Shown here in pieces: positions 49,901-57,400 of a stretch of DNA of 64,000 nt. The stretch is from Podarcis liolepis (Eukaryota): assembly GCA_965112155.1 (NCBI GenBank), contig OZ218102.1; one strand, written 5' to 3'. Numbering within the stretch: position 1 is the first letter of the stretch; the number at the start of each line of letters is the position of its first letter. Made by a program: the position numbers and the translations under genes. The notes below the pieces were generated by a model that saw only the letters and a list, made by a program, of their open reading frames with translations, made no database searches and was not told the DNA's origin.

Positions 49901-52900
49901 AGTTAGTGGCATTCTCAGTGCATAGGCACACTCTGAGTACATCATGAACCAAGCAATCAGTCACCCACCTATACATTTGGGCCATAGACAACTGGCGGGA
50001 TGGGGAATTAGGAGATCAAATTCTAAGTTCTTAGTGTTTAGGCAGACTTTTCATGCTTCTTAATATTCTAAAGTGAGTCTCACAGGTGATGAGCTACAGT
50101 TGTCTGAAAGCAAAGAGCTAAACTAGAAGTGATGTTTATCATGCAACTGGGAGTTTCCTCCCATTGCAAATAGCAGCTGTGCAGGAGTAACAATCCTGTT
50201 GAGACCCCAATGGAGGCAAAGAGGTAAAAATATTTTCCCCCACTGTGCTGATGATCTGGATCTACCTCCCGCCCATCAGGGTGCTTAAGTATTTATTTTT
50301 ATATAAAAACAACAATCACCAGAAACTGCTATTTGCATGATTACGATTGTGTCTAGTTTGGCCCAGAGTTAAAGGTAAAGAATGAGTATCTATTGTGAGG
50401 ACTCAAGCACATGAAGATTTTGGTATATATTAATTATACTTATATCTTGCAACCCCCTGGAAACTTTCCCCAGCTTCAATAATGCTATGGCCTCAGATGT
50501 TCTCAGGCCATTCATAGGGCCCTTGGGAATGTGCTGAACACAGAATTCAGAATAACATTCTACATTAAACATCCATCACAGACTTCAGATGCAGGTGGAA
50601 TTTCTAGGAATGTGTTTTTTGAACTTTCTTTTGAGTCAGTAGCAGATGCCATTGCAAGGGAGATGGACTTCCCACTCTCAAGAAAACATAACTTTATCTG
50701 CTATGGAAGCTCAGGATATATGGGGTGGTTCTATGGCACATTGTGAGAGCCCCTCTTATATGATATAACTGATATGTTAAGACCTTGTTACTGCCTCACA
50801 TGAGCTGAGTTTACACATTGGAACATTCCCTCTTGGTTGCACAATGTTGGGGAAGGTCAGTAATAGAGGAATTCGTATTTTTAGGAATGCCTGGCCATCA
50901 TTACTGATCTTATTGTGATAAAATCCCAGGGTCCTGCAGGAGACAGTTTGAACACCACTGTCTTAAGCTTATATTTATCCACCCCTGCTTTACAAATACT
51001 TCCTTGTCGGTCCAAATTTGGCAAAGCTATTTATTTGTGCCAGAAGCTGGCTCCAAAACCATGCAAATACCTTCTCTACCAACAGAACTTAAACAGGACC
51101 ATGTGTGTGGTGTCGCTGTAGTGCTTTTTAAAAGGTGTAGTCAATGCAGCTGAAACAGTCAAAATTGGTTAAAACATAGGAAAAAAGCACAAAGTTATGA
51201 AAGCAGAAATGCTTGCAGTGAATTCCACATGCCTAGAAGCACAAGATCAATTACAGGAGCAGTGCTAGAATAAAATCAAGCCACTATGATTTTTTCTTTC
51301 AGTGACGGTTAATCAGCTGAAAGCTTTTGTTGTTGTTGTGAACCAAAAAATAAAAAATAAAAAAAATGGGAATGACCAAAACACAAAACCAAAAAAAGCA
51401 AGTCAGAACAAAAAGGAATTAAATAAAAAGAAAAAAAAGAACTGTAGACATTTGATATCTTTTCTTAGAAACATCCTACCCAATAAATTTTGTTCCTTGA
51501 GGCCCAAGCTGCAGGATTCGGCTAACCATGCTCTCACCCTCATTTAGAGGGGGAGGATTGGTAGGAAGGTGCAGTTTACTGAATAACATCCATGCAGCAG
51601 GAAGAAAAACAAGAGGGGAAATTAGGAACAAACTGTCATTCCCGACAGAACTTTCTACTGGGGACCATGTATGGTAATGAACAAAATTTATCATCATATA
51701 TAAATTTATGTACTCCCATATCATAGTGGATTGTTTCCCCTAATGTTAGCTTTGGGGGGGGAAAGTCTGCTGTTGGCATTTGTGTTAGTATACGGCTCAG
51801 AGTAGCTGCTACAAAATTCACATTCAGCTGCACAGTCTTCTCTTGGTAAATGTTTGCAGCTCTTGAGGATGAGCGGATAGTTTGTACAGAGTACTCCTTT
51901 AGAAATCAATGGCATTCCATAATCACTGGGTGCTGGGCATATAATTCAGCAGTGCTCCCAACATCCTGCCTTTGTATACATATCTGCATGAATCAAGAAT
52001 AAGAGAGAAGGTTTTGGGTCCCACCCCCACTCACCCCTTAAACATAACATATTACCATAGGAAAAATTATTCATGATACCATAGAGAATTTGGCCTAGGA
52101 TAAAATTGCTAGGTGCTTACCTAGCAAAAGGAAAGGAAGCCTACCTCCAATCCTCAAGTTATTTCAATTTTAAAAGACCCAACAACTTAGACCCATATGG
52201 TAAAGGAAAGCAAAACTATAGATGCAAAATGGCAGCCAATAATACGATTCACAGAACAACTCACCCTAAAAATTGTGCTCCGGAAGGCCCCATTTCTACC
52301 AGTCTACTAGCCAATCCTTCTCCTTCAACCATTGGTGGAGGGCTGGCCAGTTTGTGCCTCTTTACCAAGCGGCAGGTGATGCGAGTGGGCGCTGTGCATT
52401 TACGCGGTGGAATAATAATCCTCATGCCATGATGACGGCTGCCCCTCATTGAACCCCCGCGTGCATCAACCATAAAACTAACCAGAAAACTGCAGGAGAA
52501 AAAACACAGAAAGAAAGTGTCATCGGGTAGTTTAAAAAAAGAAGTATGAGCACAAATGTTGACTAAAATGAAACCAATGAGAAAGAAGATCATGTAAAAT
52601 AAAAAAACAACACAACAACATTCCTATACATGTCAACTGATAAATACCCTTGTACCTTGTGCTAAGGAAGTGGACATCAGCAGAATCCCCAGAATGTCTA
52701 CTCAGAAGTAAGTCACACTTTGTTCAATGGGATTTATTCTCAAGTAAATGTAGTATATCCACTAACCTGGGAGTAAGTCTCACTGAACTTGATGGCTTAA
52801 TATTGAATAGACACAACATAGGCTTGTGCGAATACTCACCTTCCTAGCAGAAGGTATGACAGTAATTCTTAGAATGACCATATGCATGAAATTCTACTAT

Positions 52901-54432
52901 TTTACTAGCAAGACAAACATTTAGTCAAAACTTCTTTGTAGAATACAGTGTCAAAGTCCAAACTACTAGGGTTAACTGTGTCTTCATCTACTATTGTGAA
53001 AATATTAGTGTATTATTCATGCACTAATTGGCTACATGGCACCATTAGACAGCCTGCTGCAAACATCCTGTGTTTCTTTCAAAGAGCAAGTCGGACATGC
53101 ACAACAGAACTGCTCAGTATTATGATAGCTACTTATTTTGTTTTTGCAAACCCATTGTTCTACTACTGAGATTTTCCAGGTCTTTAAAGCACAGAATTAA
53201 ACATGAAGGGGCAGATTCACAAAGTGGCTTTGGTAAAAAAAATAAAAATCTAATTTTCTTTAGCAGCTGGGTATCAGCAACAGGATGACACACTCCTTCT
53301 TCACCTCTCCCTTTCTCAGTGTTTCCATTCTCTTTTAACAGAACCACAGTTAGATTACATGCAAAATAGGGAACCATGCTTTATTTTCACTTTATTAACC
53401 AGAATCTTAAACCATCTTCAAGCAGGTGTTTAAGATCCTGCTTAGTAAATTGGCATTAAAGATGCAATCTTTTACAGACATTGAATTTGATGGGACTTGA
53501 ATAGATGTGTATAAGATTGCCCTGTAAATCACAGTTCCATGCTTGGGATATAATGGCCTAACAATGGTTCAATTAAATAAGGATGTAAACTATTCATGGT
53601 GATTTCATCATAGTGACATGAAAATGCTACTGATGTCACTACACATTTTAGGGAATGAGCTGGATCCAGATTAAGTTAGTTGAACTTAATTCCCATTAAA
53701 ATCAATGGGGCTTAAGTAGTGATTTCAACAGGAGCTACATTCAACTAATTCAGTCTGATGCCAAGCCACTGTCTTTTTATTGGGCGCGTGCCACAAAATG
53801 CTGACATGTCATGAAGATGCACAGTGCATGGATAAGACCATCCTTCCTGTTTTTTTTCAAACAACAGGAGACATGCAAGCCCAACAATGGGGGATGTGAG
53901 GTGCTTCTAAACCTAGATTTTTCTGCCGATGTTACCATCATCTGTCCTATATGTGGGAGACATATGAAATGTCAGATATTCCACTGCCCTGTCCTACAGG
54001 TCCAAATACAGACAGGCACAACAAATGTAATTAATTTCCAGTGCCCTGTCCGGGGCTAGGTGTGACAGTGGGACATGTGTCCTATTTGTTTCAGTAGACA
54101 GCTCTGTAGGAGTCACTGATACAATCCACTCTTTAGACCAGTGTTTTTCAAACTTAATACCTTCTAGGAATTCTTTTTCCATTGATCTGTCTGCTGAGGA
54201 AGCCCTCAGTCATCTGCCATGAATTCCAGAGGGTTCTGGGGTATATTCAATTCAGCACACACCTAATTAATCTGTTTTCAGTTCACTGCTAATCTGTTTT
54301 TAGTTTATTCCCGATTTCATTTTATTTTTGGATGTTTTAAAAAGTTGTTTTTAACTATTATTTTAACTGATAATTTTATTGCTTTGTTCCCTTTGTAAAC
54401 CGCTTTGAGGTTGTTGTTTTTACAATCAAACG

Positions 54433-54476
<44 letters not shown>

Positions 54477-57400
54477 TAAATAAATAATATATAATTCGCT
54501 CAAGGCATAGGCAAGGCCCATTGGGCATCACCCTCTATGAGCAGTGCATCCTCAAATGAAATTTCCGACAACATCTAGGAACCCAAGGTTGAAGAACACT
54601 GCTCTACTCGGACCAACAAAATCCAGGATGGCACTTCTAACATGAGCAGATTTGATTCAACAATATTGCTGCCCAGCCACCTGCAGATTCTACAGTTTGC
54701 CCACCCTGTGAATGCAACTAATGTGCCATGGTACTCTCCTGCGGTCCATCAGCGGCAAATTCAACCACTGTTTCTTGTCCTTTAAAAATGCTGCTTCTAG
54801 ATATTTTGTCCAAACTCACCTGCCGGTAAAACTCTACTCTTCCCCCCACTAGTTTACACATTACTATCCATTATGTTTTTGAGCACATCATGCACAGTCT
54901 GTAAGAACACAATTAGTAGTTGATGATCGTCTAAATTATTGCCAGGTAAATGACGTGAGCTACAGGACAACCGCTAAAAACTACACAAACAAACAAACAA
55001 ACAAACAAACAAAGAAGTGGGATGTCTACAATAAAAGGTAGAAAGGGCTGGGAAATCAGATGCACTAAAAACCATCTAGGCACATTTCAACTGTGGAGAA
55101 AATAAATAAATAAACATATATAGAAGCAAAACAAGGAGTCACAGACAGTGTCATCACCTTGAATCATACTGGGGGAGTGGAGAGGAATAGCTGCAAAATA
55201 ATTTAGAAAGCAAATTGGAAAAAAATTAATGTGAGATAATTAGAAGCCAGCAACAGAAAATGTCGATCATAAGCAAAGGCAAAATAATAACAAAAGCAAA
55301 GCTTTTCAGTTTGATCAGAGCGGGGGAAACGTGCGTGTTCTGTAATATAAAATATGCATTTAATTGCACTTTAAATATTTGCTAAAGAGGGCCAACACCA
55401 CTTAGTATGTATAAAAGCAAGTATTCTAATTAGTAATTGTGCCGGCAAAGGTAATGCACACCGTTTAAGAAATCAGGATGGTGGACGCAGCACCATTAGG
55501 ATGCACAACTGAGTAACAATATGTAAGCTGCAGTGGGGATAACTCGCCACCACTTGATTGGCTACAGCAAACAGAGTCTGGTGTGACAGTGAGCAGAATC
55601 CTTTCATTGAGCAGCCTCATTGCTGGCCAGTGTCACCTTCCCAGCCTGATTAACAGGAACACCTTGACTTGAGTTGCATAACTAGCAGGCCCACCATGGT
55701 ATGAATGGATAATGTGGCTCCATCAACCAACCTGAAGTGTAGCAGCCATACCAGTCCCTCTTCACAATTTGGGGCTAAGCTCTTCTGGTGACACCTCGAC
55801 ACACCTTAAGGGAATCACACACTGGGACAGCAACATATCCACCTCTGCTAATGCATGCTTGGGTCCGGCTCAATTCCTCATGCAGCTCCAATTGTTAGTT
55901 GTGACAAATGTCAAAAGACATTTGCTGGGAGGTTGGCTGGGAGGAAGGCAAAAACCCTGCAATGTAATGCAGAGCCCAACTGGGGTGCCTAGGTAAAATC
56001 CCTTCCCAGCTACACAGCAAACGGATGCCCAGATTTGAGGGAGGGCAGGGTGGAAAGTCAGTGCTGGTATTGTTGAAGCCACAAGCCAAGCCTCCAATTT
56101 ATGCCCTGGGAGCAGACCACAGAGAGAAAGTTCGCTTTCTGGCCCAGTCCCTGGCCCCTCCCCCTGGGAGCAAATTGGTGCTGCTGATTGGCTCCTGCAG
56201 CAGAGCACTGCACTCATGCTGCTTCCAACACACTAGCAGTGCTGGTCCATGCCCAACAGAACAGGTCTCTCTCCACCTACCACAAACGGGTTGTAGACAA
56301 GCAGGGACCTGGGACTTATGTTAGCAGGCATGGGGGAAAGCCACTGTTGTGCCAGAATACGGCAGCTGGTTTCCAGTTAGTCAATAAAGCTGGTGTTGAT
56401 CATGTGTCAGAAGCTCAACATCACATTTCCCAAATATTGTGTATATTAGAATGTAATGTAATAAAGGAGCAATTGTGTATTGATAATTTTAGACCTAACC
56501 TTTCTAATTCTTCTGTCATTTCTAGAGCAGTTAGGTCTACTTAAAAACAAACAAACCCATAGTAAAAAATAATAATTCCAAGAGTACATATAAGTTTGTA
56601 TGCCGGAAAGCTGAATGTTTCATGGCATTGGCCTTTTAGTACTAACACTTGTATATTACTACTTTACTTTTCTGTAGGTTGTGAATATCTGGGGCAGAGG
56701 TGGAATTAAGCAAAATGGCCCAAGCAGAGTGCCCATGACACATTTTTGTGAACTGGGTAAATTCAACACGCAACAAGAAAATGGAATGGCATCTCCTAGT
56801 GGAAAGCTCACATGGGGATCTTGTAACCAACTGCTATCTCCCAGCTTACCCTCTCCTGTATGGATGTTGGGAGGATAGAAGGGTAGGTTTTTTCTTAGCT
56901 CCTTAAAGGAAGACCAATATAATAATGTAAATCATAATAATGATGTGAATTGGTAATGATGTAAATTTATTATTTTTATGCTTAGATTACAGCACACAAT
57001 TGACCAGCAGAGTAAAGATTGGTCATATCAGATCTACATACTCAGAACTCAAGGGGGTCAAACAACCTCTAAATATTTTGCCAAGTATGCAGAGGCAAGG
57101 GAAATATTCTTTGTTCCCACCATGAAGGGAGGAGCCAAGTTGCTGCATGCCTGGGTAAAAGATGTAGTCATATATCAGTTGATTCAAGATATGTTCACCT
57201 GCACTCTGCATAAATATCCTCATTGAGTAAATCCAATGGGTTGGATTCAAATTCAGTCATGCTGAGAGTAGACTCACTGAAATCAGTGGGACATGTTAGA
57301 ACAATTAGGGCCCTTCCATTAGGCAGAATGAGGCAAGTGCCTCAAGTGGAGGGTCACAAATTGGTGCCCCCACAGAGGCCGGTCTCACTGCCTCCTGCCC

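Noticed and set aside
55582-56425. LTR-like block (TGTGA...TCACA ends, CCAAT-like motif, AATAAA near 56382)
   Set aside because: No target-site duplication found for any candidate boundary; family not recognised
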